Below are positions 40,806 through 50,064 of a DNA stretch of 63,253 nucleotides, one piece after another (the stretch's first letter is position 1; each line of letters begins with the position of its first letter). Where the stretch lies: NCBI GenBank assembly GCA_038880255.1, contig JAVZSA010000002.1:1-63253 (forward strand), read 5' to 3'. The translations under genes were made by a program, and so were the position numbers. The notes below the pieces were generated by a model. The model did not search any database. It was not told the origin of the DNA and worked only from the letters and a program-made list of their open reading frames with translations. The DNA comes from Thermoplasmata archaeon. Lineage in GTDB: Archaea; Thermoplasmatota; Thermoplasmata; Thermoplasmatales; ARK-15.

Positions 40806-41090
40806 ATGAAGGTATTAGTAATTTATTTTGATGAAAGTGATTCCTCTGTATTAAAGTATGTTAAGGATATTACTTCGGACATACTAGTTTACACTCCAGA
40901 TGAAAAAATTTCATACATTGGTTATGAAAATATTCATGGAAATATTTTAGAAATTTTAGATAAAATAAAGGGAACTGTGGACGTAATAGCTCTAAAAAAA
41001 AGGGAAAATTATCCAGTTGGAGATAAGTTTATTGGAAATTTAATAGAAACAATAAAATCAAAAGATTATAAGGTATTAGTTATACAGTGA
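40806..41090 (+). CDS. hypothetical small alpha/beta protein
   Basis: Track ORF from GTG 40797. ATG 40806 gives MKVLVIYFDESDSS... No motif recognised. Lies between the sRNA and the IS remnant. Confidence 0.4.
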   Translation: MKVLVIYFDESDSSVLKYVKDITSDILVYTPDEKISYIGYENIHGNILEILDKIKGTVDVIALKKRENYPVGDKFIGNLIETIKSKDYKVLVIQ

Positions 41091-41094
41091 ACTA

Positions 41095-41455
41095 CCCTAA
41101 CGGATGGGTTTCTGCCTTGCCCGTAACTTTGGGGCTTCTCTCTTCAACTGCAATGCTTGCTTTCACAGGAATATGATTTATGTATCCGAACATGCTACTT
41201 GTAGATGCATAGTCCTCTGCGAAAATCTAGCCTAGGTTCCTTAAACAAAGCCCTTCTTCCTTTATCTTATTTGCAGCACCTACATCTCTATCAAATATTG
41301 AATGGCATGAAGGGCATAACTTATTCCTCTTATTATTTGTTTGAGGAAATCAATAATCTATCCATGAAGATCTGCCTTCTATATCTCACGACCTGTATGA
41401 AATGGTATTGTAATGCATATACAGAATGCATTCTTTTCTCCAAGTACAACTATAG
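41095..41455 (-). pseudogene. tnpB: IS200/IS605-family TnpB (OrfB) C-terminal remnant, interrupted by stops/frameshifts
   Basis: My minus-strand translation is ...FPQTNNKRNKLCPSCHSIFDRDVGAANKIKEEGLCLRNLG* then, in the same frame, IFAEDYASTSSMFGYINHIPVKASIAVEERSPKVTGKAETHPLG*. This shows a CxxC zinc-finger pair plus a DRDvxAAxNI RuvC-III-like block and a TnpB-like tail. Locally higher GC than the flanks. Confidence 0.55.
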
Positions 41456-41471
41456 ATAACTTTGCGCGCTT

Positions 41472-42131
41472 TCATCCCCTTGCCAAGTCAAGGGGACTTC
41501 CCGCTCGCTGAGTTAATTTTTTAGCTTCAACAACTATAAAAGATCCCTTATCATTTCCTGATTCCCATTTTTCCTTGATTTGAACTCCAGGTTCATTAAA
41601 TAAGGTTTGTGCCCATCTAACTACTTCAAATTTTGAATCTTGTAAAAGCTCTTTTATCTGTTTTGAAGAATAAAATTTTGCCTCTTTATAGAATACATTG
41701 TTTTCTTTTAATTTTTCATAATATTTTCCATATTTACTTTCAGATTCAATAAATGCTAAATAAAGTTTACCATCTTTCTTGATTATTCTATTTATTTCAT
41801 TCAATACCTTTTTAGGATCATTTAAAAAACATATGGTGACTATCAATGTTGCATAATCGAATGTTTCATCTTTAAAAGGTATTTTCTCACCAAACGCCAA
41901 TAAAACTTCAATTCCTCTCATTTTTGCTATTCTCAACATATTTAGACTGATATCTATACCAAATTTTGTACCTAAAATTTGTGCAAATCTTCCAGTTCCT
42001 ACACCAATTTCTATACCTATTTTTTTATTTTTTATAAATGACTTTAATAAATTTACTTCATTTTCAAAAATTATCCAATTTTTCTCAAACCAAATTTCAT
42101 ATTCTTTAAAATTTCTATCAAATATATTCAT
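41472..42131 (-). CDS. class I SAM-dependent methyltransferase (Methyltransf_11-like), 3' end apparently remodelled by IS-derived sequence
   Basis: 219 aa. Motif I IEIGVGTGRF, post-I GIDIS, DGKLYLAF. The C-terminal ...TQRAGSPLDLARG is encoded by the GC-rich hairpin region. Confidence 0.8.
   Translation of the reverse strand: MNIFDRNFKEYEIWFEKNWIIFENEVNLLKSFIKNKKIGIEIGVGTGRFAQILGTKFGIDISLNMLRIAKMRGIEVLLAFGEKIPFKDETFDYATLIVTICFLNDPKKVLNEINRIIKKDGKLYLAFIESESKYGKYYEKLKENNVFYKEAKFYSSKQIKELLQDSKFEVVRWAQTLFNEPGVQIKEKWESGNDKGSFIVVEAKKLTQRAGSPLDLARG
41476..41495. repeat. GC-rich hairpin CCCCTTG-CCAAGT-CAAGGGG (IS200/IS605 end-like palindrome)
   Basis: Read directly. 7-bp perfect stem with a 6-nt loop, embedded in the last codons of the methyltransferase ORF, next to the TnpB remnant. 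Confidence 0.5.
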
Positions 42132-42705
42132 CGAATATCCTCTTTATTATTTGATCCACGATATATCTAGGTAATCCCACCTCATAGGATACATAATTGT
42201 TATCCCAGGATTTTATAAATTCATAGAATATTGTTCTCTCTATTTCAGAGTTTATTTTTGGAATTATTTCATTATCTATCTTAGAAAGTATTTTCCTTTT
42301 CAAACTTATTTTTTCAGCAATTTTATCTTCCAGTTCTTTAATTTCACTATCAATTTTTTTAAGCATTTCAATTGGATTTCCATCCAATTCAAAATTGTCA
42401 ACTGAAATATCTAGACTTTTTTTCCTTATATCAAAAAAATAAGGGGTTAAATAAATATTTAAAATAAAACTTTCATCAAGACTATAAATTTTCCTATTTG
42501 GGCCCACATCGCTCTTTTCTGTGCCTTTCATCCTTACAATTTTTGTTTTTTCCAGTAAATAAAGATGTTTCATCACCGCTTGTTGTGATATTCCCAATTC
42601 CCTTGAAAGTTGTAGAGGGTAAATCTCTCCATGGATTAACCTGGAGAGTATTTCCCTCCTCGTCTTATTTTCTATAGCTGAAAGTATTGAATCTATATCT
42701 GTCAT
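42118..42705 (-). CDS. ArsR-family winged-helix transcription regulator with C-terminal coiled coil
   Basis: 195 aa. NKTRREILSRLIHGEIYPLQLSRELGISQQAVMKHLYLLEKTKIV. Directly downstream of hsp20. Confidence 0.7.
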   Translation of the reverse strand: MTDIDSILSAIENKTRREILSRLIHGEIYPLQLSRELGISQQAVMKHLYLLEKTKIVRMKGTEKSDVGPNRKIYSLDESFILNIYLTPYFFDIRKKSLDISVDNFELDGNPIEMLKKIDSEIKELEDKIAEKISLKRKILSKIDNEIIPKINSEIERTIFYEFIKSWDNNYVSYEVGLPRYIVDQIIKRIFDEYI

Positions 42706-42708
42706 AGT

Positions 42709-43251
42709 TCAATCTATCTTTACCCTGGTTCCACCCTTCTTTTTTGGTTGTTCCTTTTCTATTGTCACATCCAATATACCATTATGATAGGATGCCTTTG
42801 CTGTTTCTGGCTTTACTCTTTCTGGGAGTTCAATCACTTTGTAGTACTTCCTTTCAGGAACATCTGTCTTTATTATGATTGTATTTTCATCTACTTGAAG
42901 GTTTATCTGTTCCTTTTCAACTCCAGGAAGTTCTGCTGTAACATAAACATTCTTTTCATCATCTGAAACATCCACTAAAGGTTCCCTATAGCCTTCAAGT
43001 TCACCAATGCCAACTTTAGGAACGTTGCCAAATTCCTCTATTCTAGGTTTACCATCCGGTCCAATTTTCATTGTAAATCCATAAACGAAGGGCCCCTGAA
43101 CATCACTCATATGCCTTGAAAGCTCGTTTAATATTCTAGATATCCTTTCATTCATTCTCTTAAATTCTTCTTCAAAGTCATCAAAGAAATAATCGAAATC
43201 AAATTCATCTTCATCCCTTCTCCTTTTGAAGACCATTTTTATCACCTCCAT
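42709..43251 (-). CDS. hsp20: small heat shock protein (Hsp20/alpha-crystallin)
   Basis: 180 aa. VDVSDDEKNVYVTAELPGVEKEQINLQV...ASYHNGILDVTIEK. Confidence 0.9.
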   Translation of the reverse strand: MEVIKMVFKRRRDEDEFDFDYFFDDFEEEFKRMNERISRILNELSRHMSDVQGPFVYGFTMKIGPDGKPRIEEFGNVPKVGIGELEGYREPLVDVSDDEKNVYVTAELPGVEKEQINLQVDENTIIIKTDVPERKYYKVIELPERVKPETAKASYHNGILDVTIEKEQPKKKGGTRVKID

Positions 43252-43310
43252 ATTAACATTAGGTTGTTCAATAATGGTTAATATCTAGTAATATATAAAT
43301 TTTTCTTTAC

Positions 43311-44051
43311 TCATTTTATTACTATTATAATAAAAGCTGTATGCAAAATACCTGTATTTAATGGCCTCATTTCTCTTTGGCCATAAATCCATTCCCTTTC
43401 CATTATCTCATATATACTATTTTTTCTAAATTCAAAATTTTTTAGTTCCCGAACAAAATCTATGACCTGTGTTATGTTTGGTAAAAAAACAATTAACCTT
43501 CCATTAAATTTTAGAGAATTATAATAATCTTTTAAATAAATTTTAGGGTCTGGAATATCCACAAAAATTGCATCAAATTCATTATAATTTGTATTTAACT
43601 CATTATCAATTTTATATGGCTTGAAATAATCAATCCAACCTAACCAATCAAGTACATTTTTTACATGCACCAAATTTTTTTCAGATATGTCGTAGCCAAG
43701 TAATGTTGATGGTCTAATATAGTAAAGAATACCAACTGTAAGAAAACCGGAACCCACACCAATTTCAGCTACCTTACTGCTTGATGATATCCCTGATTTC
43801 CCAATCATATAAATCATATCTTTTAAAATGATTGTTTGTGTAATTCTTTCCATGTTAGAAAGTATATCCTCCAGAGTTGGTTTAACTATTAGGAAATTTA
43901 ATCCTAAAATGTTTATTTTATCACCATAGTTGTAATCTCTAAATTTCTCTGTATCAATTACCCCTAATCCAGGGATCCACTCCTTTTTACCACTCATTTT
44001 AAGAACATAAACCTTTCCATTCAATAATCCAATCAAATCTCCATAATTCAT
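43311..44051 (-). CDS. trmI: tRNA (adenine-N1)-methyltransferase TrmI (GCD14 family)
   Basis: N-terminal beta domain (GDLIGLLNGKVYVL...), motif I VAEIGVGSGFLT, FDAIFVDIPDP. Start taken at Met15. Confidence 0.75.
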   Translation of the reverse strand: MNYGDLIGLLNGKVYVLKMSGKKEWIPGLGVIDTEKFRDYNYGDKINILGLNFLIVKPTLEDILSNMERITQTIILKDMIYMIGKSGISSSSKVAEIGVGSGFLTVGILYYIRPSTLLGYDISEKNLVHVKNVLDWLGWIDYFKPYKIDNELNTNYNEFDAIFVDIPDPKIYLKDYYNSLKFNGRLIVFLPNITQVIDFVRELKNFEFRKNSIYEIMEREWIYGQREMRPLNTGILHTAFIIIVIK

Positions 44052-44397
44052 AAGAAAATTATTAAAAAAATGAATATTAATATTTGGTATCAACTTCTTT
44101 AATAAAAAAATTATGAAATAGAGGTTAGAAAAATATTCAAATTAAACAATCATAATAAGTTTAAAATGTTTCAAAAAGAATTTGCTATTTTCTTTAATAC
44201 CTTACGCAAAGAAGATAGATAAACAAAAAAAAATGTAATAGAATATAGATAATTTCGTTAATCTTATATGTAAGGGTAAGAAACTTTGATTTAAAACAAT
44301 TGTTATTTGAAATGAAGATATTGTATTAAATGTAATTTGTCATTGAAATCATAACCCTACCGTAATGATTAAATAAAAAAATTGAATTTAAAAAATT

Positions 44398-44883
44398 ATG
44401 GGAATAACAATAGTGGAAATTGAAAAACCTGATCCTGAAATAAATGTAATTGTGGGTCAAACCCATTTTATTAAAACAGCTGAAGATCTTTATGAAGCAT
44501 TAATAACCTCTTCACCAAATGCAAAATTCGGGCTTGCATTCTGTGAAGCTTCAGGAAAAAGGCTAGTTAGATATGAAGGAAATGATGAAATACTTGTAAA
44601 ATATGCAATAAAAAATGCATTGAATGTTGGAGCTGGGCATTTCTTTATAATAATGCTTAAGAATGTATATCCAATAAATGTTCTTAATAATATAAAAAAT
44701 GTTCAGGAAATTTTAACATTATATGCTGCAACATCAAACCCATTAAAAATTGTATTATTTGAAGATAATGAAATGCGTGCTATTTTAGGGATAATGGATG
44801 GTTTTAAGCCGTTAGGAGTGGAGGGGGAGGAGGATAAAAAAGAAAGAAAAGAATTTTTAAGGAAGATAGGATATAAGCTTTAA
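44398..44883 (+). CDS. adenosine-specific kinase family protein (PF04008-like)
   Basis: 161 aa. VIVGQTHFIKTAEDLYEAL, FCEASGKRLVRYEGND, GAGHFFII, PINVLN, GVEGEEDKKERKEFLRKIGYK. The family is recalled from memory. Confidence 0.6.
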   Translation: MGITIVEIEKPDPEINVIVGQTHFIKTAEDLYEALITSSPNAKFGLAFCEASGKRLVRYEGNDEILVKYAIKNALNVGAGHFFIIMLKNVYPINVLNNIKNVQEILTLYAATSNPLKIVLFEDNEMRAILGIMDGFKPLGVEGEEDKKERKEFLRKIGYKL

Positions 44884-45615
44884 ATGTACTTGAATTCAAT
44901 TTATGACATAGAATGGAAATATTACGATATGCTTTATGGTGATTTAGTTGATGATGTAAATTTTTATAGAAATAAAATATCCAAAGGCTCAACTCTCGAA
45001 TTGATGTGCGGTACAGGAAGAATCATTGGAAATTTAAAACATTTAAATGATCGATGGGGCTTGGACAATGATGAAAGAATGCTTTCTCAAGTTAAATTGA
45101 AAGATAAGAATGTTAATACAGTATTGGGGGATGCAAGAAATTTTTCCATATTAAAGAAATTTGATAATATAATAATTGGCCTCAATTCTTTGTTGTTATT
45201 TAAAACTGAAGAAAAAGTAAAAGTACTTGAAAATGCTAAGAACCATTTAAAAGACAATGGAAATATTTTTATTGATATTGTGATGCCACCTGATTTTGAG
45301 GAAGGTGTTGTATATTTAGGAGATTATAAAAGAAAAAACAATCTTGAAATTTACAGATTTTTTGTACCAATATTTTCAAATGATATGAAAACCTTGCAGT
45401 TAACCTATATCTATGATATTTTTGAAATGGGAGAATATAGAAGGGAATCATCCATTTTATATTTGTACCCTGAGAATTATGATGAAATTAAAGAAATAGT
45501 AACGTATGCTGGATTAAAGATTAAAAAAATTTTTGGAGGATACAACGGAGAGAAATTTTTAAAGGAAAAGAGTGAAAGAATGTTAATTATATTAGAAAAA
45601 GTGAAAGGCCTATGA
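44884..45615 (+). CDS. class I SAM-dependent methyltransferase
   Basis: 243 aa. Motif I LELMCGTGRI, GLDNDERML, LKDNGNIFIDI. Confidence 0.7.
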   Translation: MYLNSIYDIEWKYYDMLYGDLVDDVNFYRNKISKGSTLELMCGTGRIIGNLKHLNDRWGLDNDERMLSQVKLKDKNVNTVLGDARNFSILKKFDNIIIGLNSLLLFKTEEKVKVLENAKNHLKDNGNIFIDIVMPPDFEEGVVYLGDYKRKNNLEIYRFFVPIFSNDMKTLQLTYIYDIFEMGEYRRESSILYLYPENYDEIKEIVTYAGLKIKKIFGGYNGEKFLKEKSERMLIILEKVKGL

Positions 45616-46064
45616 ATGATGAAAAATTTTTGAAAACAATAGAACTTTTGATTGAAAAAAATGATGAAATCCCTGTGATAGTAGAAGGAAAAAGGGATTT
45701 AATTTCATTGCGTAAGGTAGGCCTAAAGGGACAAATCATAATTTTCAACAATGGTAAAAAAATAATAGAATTTACTGAAGAAATCATAAAGAATTATAGA
45801 GAAATAATCATACTATTTGATAGGGATAGAAAAGGTAAATTACTTACAGAAACAATATCTAGGATACTTAGTTCAAGGGGTATTCACGTTATATTAGAAT
45901 TTCGTGAGATGATATTTAATTATTCAGATGCAAAATCTATTGAAGAAATCTACACTTATTATGAAAATTCTTTGGAAAGAAAAATTAATGGTAAAAGGTG
46001 GAAAAATGATAGTTTTGGGTATAGAAGGAACAGCCCATACTCTAGGAATAGGAATAATGGATGA
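45612..46064 (+). CDS. small Toprim-domain protein
   Basis: 150 aa. VIVEGKRD (Toprim Glu) and ILFDRDRKG (DxD). The 3' end overlaps kae1 by 59 nt. Confidence 0.65.
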   Translation: MNDEKFLKTIELLIEKNDEIPVIVEGKRDLISLRKVGLKGQIIIFNNGKKIIEFTEEIIKNYREIIILFDRDRKGKLLTETISRILSSRGIHVILEFREMIFNYSDAKSIEEIYTYYENSLERKINGKRWKNDSFGYRRNSPYSRNRNNG

Positions 46065-47616
46065 TGAAAAAATACTTGCTAATGTAATTGAAATGTTCTT
46101 GCCCGAAAAGGGGGGAATACATCCAAGAGAGGCAGCTATACACCATTCAAATGTTTTTGTACAGACCCTAAAAAAAGCATTAGCAATTGCAAAATTAAAT
46201 CTCAAAGATGTAGAACTTGTTTCTTTTTCAAAGGGTCCTGGATTAGGACCATGTTTAAGGACAGTGGCAACAGCAGCAAGAGCAATATCACTTAAATTAA
46301 ACGTACCAATTATCGGAGTAAATCATAGTATTGCACATCTTGAAATAGGAAAATTGACTGGAGGTGCAGAGGATCCAATAATGACATATGTTTCAGGAGG
46401 AAATACACAAATAATATCATATTTCAGAGGTAGATATAGGGTATTTGGAGAAACACTTGATATGGGTATTGGAAATCTATTGGATAAATTTGCTAGAGAA
46501 ATGGGTTTACCTTTCCCTGGTGGACCTAAAATTGAGGAATTGGCAAAAAAGGGAAATAAATATTATCCTCTCCCATATTCCATCAAAGGAATGGACGTAT
46601 CATTTTCCGGTATATTAACTGCAGCTAAATCCCTTGCAAATGAAGGTGTTTCAATTGAAAATCTTTCCTATTCTCTTCAGGAAACAGTATTTTCAATGAT
46701 GACAGAGGTAACTGAAAGAGCCCTGGCTCATCTGCATAAGGATGAAGTATTGCTAGCCGGTGGTGTAGCAAGGAACAAGAGACTTTTTGAAATGATGAAA
46801 AAAATGACAGATGAAAGAGGAGCTAATTTATACGCACCACCACCTGATTTATGTGTTGATAATGGGGTTATGATTGCATATTTAGGTGAAATAATGTATA
46901 AAAGTGGTATAAGAATGAAAATTGAGGATACTGTTGTAGATCAAAAGTTCAGGGCAGATTCAATTGAGGCCCCCTGGGTAATTGAAAAATTACACTACAA
47001 AAATTATGATGAACTTCCAGGTGCTGAGGCAAAAATAACAGAATCACAGTATGTTGGTATAAAAACAATAAAAAAAGAGAGAATTAGTAAGGGATACAGA
47101 ATAAATGATTTGGATTTATTTTTAAGGAAGGAGAGAACAAAAAGGGAGGCAAAGATTCTAAATATGATGAAAAAATTTGGGATTAATGCTCCTTATATTC
47201 TTGACATAGATTTACAGAATTATACAATTTATTTAACTAAGATAAATGGGAGAACTTTAAGGGAAATTTTTGATAATTTAAATGAAGAAATAAAAAGATA
47301 TTTTGATAAAAAAATAGGAGAATATGTAGCAATTTTGCATAAAAATGGTATTTCACACGGTGATTTAACAACAAGTAATATTATGTATGATGGTGAGAAA
47401 ATTTATTTTATAGATCCTTCAATGGGGGAATTAAATTCAAAGATAGAGGAATTTGGAACTGATCTTCACCTTTTAAAGGAATCACTTTACAGCACACATG
47501 AAAATGGTATGAACCATTTTAACATAATTCTTCAAAGTTACATTGAGAATTATCCGGATGGAATTGAAAATGTTCATAGAATGAAAGAAATAGAAATGAG
47601 GAGGAGATACTCATGA
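46006..47616 (+). CDS. kae1-bud32: bifunctional tRNA t6A synthesis protein Kae1-Bud32 fusion
   Basis: From [20 protein letters not shown] and ASKHA-fold blocks (Kae1), then the RIO-like kinase half with HGDLTTSN and DPSMG. Upstream track residues are read-through. Confidence 0.9.
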   Translation: MIVLGIEGTAHTLGIGIMDDEKILANVIEMFLPEKGGIHPREAAIHHSNVFVQTLKKALAIAKLNLKDVELVSFSKGPGLGPCLRTVATAARAISLKLNVPIIGVNHSIAHLEIGKLTGGAEDPIMTYVSGGNTQIISYFRGRYRVFGETLDMGIGNLLDKFAREMGLPFPGGPKIEELAKKGNKYYPLPYSIKGMDVSFSGILTAAKSLANEGVSIENLSYSLQETVFSMMTEVTERALAHLHKDEVLLAGGVARNKRLFEMMKKMTDERGANLYAPPPDLCVDNGVMIAYLGEIMYKSGIRMKIEDTVVDQKFRADSIEAPWVIEKLHYKNYDELPGAEAKITESQYVGIKTIKKERISKGYRINDLDLFLRKERTKREAKILNMMKKFGINAPYILDIDLQNYTIYLTKINGRTLREIFDNLNEEIKRYFDKKIGEYVAILHKNGISHGDLTTSNIMYDGEKIYFIDPSMGELNSKIEEFGTDLHLLKESLYSTHENGMNHFNIILQSYIENYPDGIENVHRMKEIEMRRRYS

Positions 47617-48167
47617 TAATTGTAACACACAATCAAAATAAGTATATGGAATATGAAGAAATGTTTTTAGAAAAGGGCATGGAACTTGAATGGTTTAATT
47701 ATGAATATCCAGAAATACAATCGGATTCATTGAAAGAAATTGCAGAGTTTTCAATGAAATATGTTAGTAAATTAATTAACAAACCATTTTTTTTAGAAGA
47801 TACTGGCTTGTTTATATCAACATTAAATGGCTTTCCAGGACCATATTCATCATATGTACAGTCAAAAATAGGGAATAAAGGTATATTAAAACTTCTTGAA
47901 GGTGCAGATGATAGAAATGCAAAATTCATTTCTATAATTGGATTTTTTGATGGGAAGGATTTTCACTTTTTTGAAGGTGTGCTTAATGGCCAAATATCCC
48001 TAGAAGAAAAGGGAAAAAATGGCTTTGGATATGATCCAATTTTTGTACCAAATGGAAAAAATAAAACATTGGCAGAAATGGATATTTCAGAAAAAAATGC
48101 TATTTCACATAGAAAAAATGCCTTAGATAAAATGATTGATTATTTAAGAAAAAATATTTTATATTAA
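47613..48167 (+). CDS. rdgB: non-canonical purine NTP pyrophosphatase (HAM1/RdgB)
   Basis: 184 aa. [28 protein letters not shown]. Confidence 0.9.
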   Translation: MIIVTHNQNKYMEYEEMFLEKGMELEWFNYEYPEIQSDSLKEIAEFSMKYVSKLINKPFFLEDTGLFISTLNGFPGPYSSYVQSKIGNKGILKLLEGADDRNAKFISIIGFFDGKDFHFFEGVLNGQISLEEKGKNGFGYDPIFVPNGKNKTLAEMDISEKNAISHRKNALDKMIDYLRKNILY

Positions 48168-48284
48168 AATTTTTAATATTGTAATAAAATTTTTAAATAT
48201 ATATTTTAAAATTCTAAAAAATATAAAATGTATTTATAAAACTTAAGGAAAGAATAAAATAGTGCTATGCAATCCATTTAAACA

Positions 48285-48659
48285 ATGAATTTCAGGATGT
48301 GGAGAGAATATATTATATACATTTCTTTCGTAATAATGGCGATAGGATTAATATTTTTAATATTAACAACATTAGGGATATTTTCAAATTATCCACCAAG
48401 TTATGTAAAAAGTTTTCATAATATTATTGGTGACTGGATTTATTGGATATTTTTTATTTCAATCATAGCCTTTTTTATCGGCCTATACTATTTTTACGAC
48501 ACACTTAAAAAACTAAGAAAATTCAAGGAATATATAAATTCTGAAAGTAAATCAAAATTCTTGAAAAATCTAAAGGATTTGGAAATAATTTCATATAAAC
48601 TTGGTCCAAATCATGAAAAAATACTTGAAGAAAAGAAGAAAGAGTGGAAGATTCATTGA
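48285..48659 (+). CDS. hypothetical membrane protein
   Basis: 124 aa. Two clear TM helices followed by a Lys-rich helical tail. No motif recognised. Confidence 0.45.
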   Translation: MNFRMWREYIIYISFVIMAIGLIFLILTTLGIFSNYPPSYVKSFHNIIGDWIYWIFFISIIAFFIGLYYFYDTLKKLRKFKEYINSESKSKFLKNLKDLEIISYKLGPNHEKILEEKKKEWKIH

Positions 48660-49462
48660 ATTATCTCCTTGACAAATTCTGGCAATAAATTGTTATCATG
48701 AATTTTAGCATTATAATATTTAGTTTTAAATTCAGAATCTCTTTTTCTTTTTATTTCATTATCCGATGCAAAGGTGAAGCTCCATAGAGAAGAAGGATAT
48801 GTTGGAATTGTGGCAAGATAAACAGAAACATATTTGAAAACTTTTTTCATATTATTGTAAGCAATTTTCAAATGTTCAGGATATAAAAAAGGTGTACCTG
48901 TTTGCGATCCTAATATACCCCCCGGTTTTAATATATTTTTTACATTTCTATAAAATTCTTCCGTGAATAATGTACTGGCAGGACCTACTGGATCGGTTGA
49001 ATCTATAAGAACAACGTCAAACTTCATATTAGTATTTTTTACAAAATTAGATCCATCATCAATAACCAAATTTAATCTTTTATCATTAAATGAATTGCTC
49101 AATGTAGGCAAATACTTCTTTGATACTTCCACCACCATTTCATCTATTTCTACTAAATGGACATTTTCAACCTTATGTTTAAGACACTCCCTAGCAAGAC
49201 CACCATCCCCTCCTCCTATAATCAAAATTTCTTTTGGTGATTCTAAGGAAAAGAGTGGAATATGGGCAAGCATTTCATGGTAAATAAATTCATCCCTTTC
49301 TGTCAATTGAAAAGTTCCATCAAGGAATAGCACTTTTCCATAGGTAGCATTTTCCACCAATTCTATTTTTTGATACTTTGATTTTCCAGAAAATAATAAT
49401 TTAATGGCCTTTACTTGTAACCTAACATCTTTTGTTTGAAATTCACCATACCAAGTTTTCAT
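48653..49462 (-). CDS. speE: spermidine synthase (polyamine aminopropyltransferase)
   Basis: 269 aa. LFLDG..QLTERDEFIYHEML, IIGGGDGG, VEID, DSTDPVGPA. Confidence 0.9.
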   Translation of the reverse strand: MKTWYGEFQTKDVRLQVKAIKLLFSGKSKYQKIELVENATYGKVLFLDGTFQLTERDEFIYHEMLAHIPLFSLESPKEILIIGGGDGGLARECLKHKVENVHLVEIDEMVVEVSKKYLPTLSNSFNDKRLNLVIDDGSNFVKNTNMKFDVVLIDSTDPVGPASTLFTEEFYRNVKNILKPGGILGSQTGTPFLYPEHLKIAYNNMKKVFKYVSVYLATIPTYPSSLWSFTFASDNEIKRKRDSEFKTKYYNAKIHDNNLLPEFVKEIIQ

Positions 49463-49495
49463 AAATCATGAATAGAAATAATATTATTAAAAATA

Positions 49496-49568
49496 TGCCG
49501 TGGGCCGGGATTGAACCGGCGGCCTCCAGATCTTCAGTCTGGCGCTCTCCCAGCTGAGCTACCACGGC
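49496..49568 (-). tRNA. tRNA-Phe (anticodon GAA)
   Basis: The reverse complement folds as a cloverleaf: GCCGTGG-TA-GCTC-AGCTGGGA-GAGC-G-CCAGA-CTGAAGA-TCTGG-AGGCC-GCCGG-TTCAATC-CCGGC-CCACGGC-A. 73 nt, no intron, CCA not encoded. Confidence 0.92.
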
Positions 49569-49680
49569 TCCATACTTTTATCAAACATTCATAATTAATT
49601 TTTCAGGATTATTTCATTTTCTATTAACACTATTATGTCTATGATTTATATATACTTTTCAATCAAAAATTTTTCTATTT

Positions 49681-50064
49681 TTATTTTATAAATATCACAT
49701 TAAATTTACCTACATTTTCCAAATATATTGTAATATCTGGATTATCTAAATTTACATCTTTTCCCAACTTTTCTTTTATTATTTGGCCAAGAATTCTGTT
49801 ATCTTCCATTTTTCTTCTTCTTTTAGATCTAACTGCAAATGTTTTAAAATTTATTTTTCTTAAGATTTCAGGAACTTCCTCCAATGATTCTATAATATAT
49901 GAGTCATAACCACCATTAATTTCACCATTATACATTATTAACATTTTATTTTCTTCAATAAAGTAAATAAATTCACCATCCTTATTTAAAAATTCTTCCT
50001 TCAGTGTATTCACAAAATTTTTAAGTTCGTTTCTATTTTTAAAATAAAATAATTTCATCTTCAT
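49681..50064 (-). CDS. stand-alone THUMP-domain protein
   Basis: 127 aa. C-terminal half TFAVRSKRRRK...LGQIIKEKLGKDVNLDNPDITIYLE matches the THUMP core pattern (tFxVrxkr...vGxxi...VdLxnPd). ATGA overlap with the upstream gene. Confidence 0.55.
   Translation of the reverse strand: MKMKLFYFKNRNELKNFVNTLKEEFLNKDGEFIYFIEENKMLIMYNGEINGGYDSYIIESLEEVPEILRKINFKTFAVRSKRRRKMEDNRILGQIIKEKLGKDVNLDNPDITIYLENVGKFNVIFIK

Noticed and set aside
40763-40860. Idea that the second TGATGA downstream (about 40840) extends the sRNA or forms a second C/D RNA
   Set aside because: The following box reads CTGT, not CTGA, the spacing is wrong, and the sequence lies inside the 97-aa ORF.
41205-41459. 84-aa + strand ORF in the GC-richer block
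   Set aside because: It is the antisense shadow of the TnpB remnant, whose minus-strand translation shows recognisable zinc-finger and RuvC-III-like motifs. The + strand product has no motif.
44094-44397. Longest intergenic spacer (304 nt) between divergent trmI and the adenosine-kinase-family gene, considered as ncRNA or small-ORF locus
   Set aside because: Only weak 5-bp complementarities (AGGGT/ACCCT) are present. There are no box motifs and no convincing ORF. It is consistent with a divergent AT-rich promoter region.
47006-47027. ATGATGA-11 nt-CTGA in the Kae1-Bud32 linker region
   Set aside because: No downstream C'/D pair or terminal stem is present. It encodes NYDELPGAE in a good ORF.
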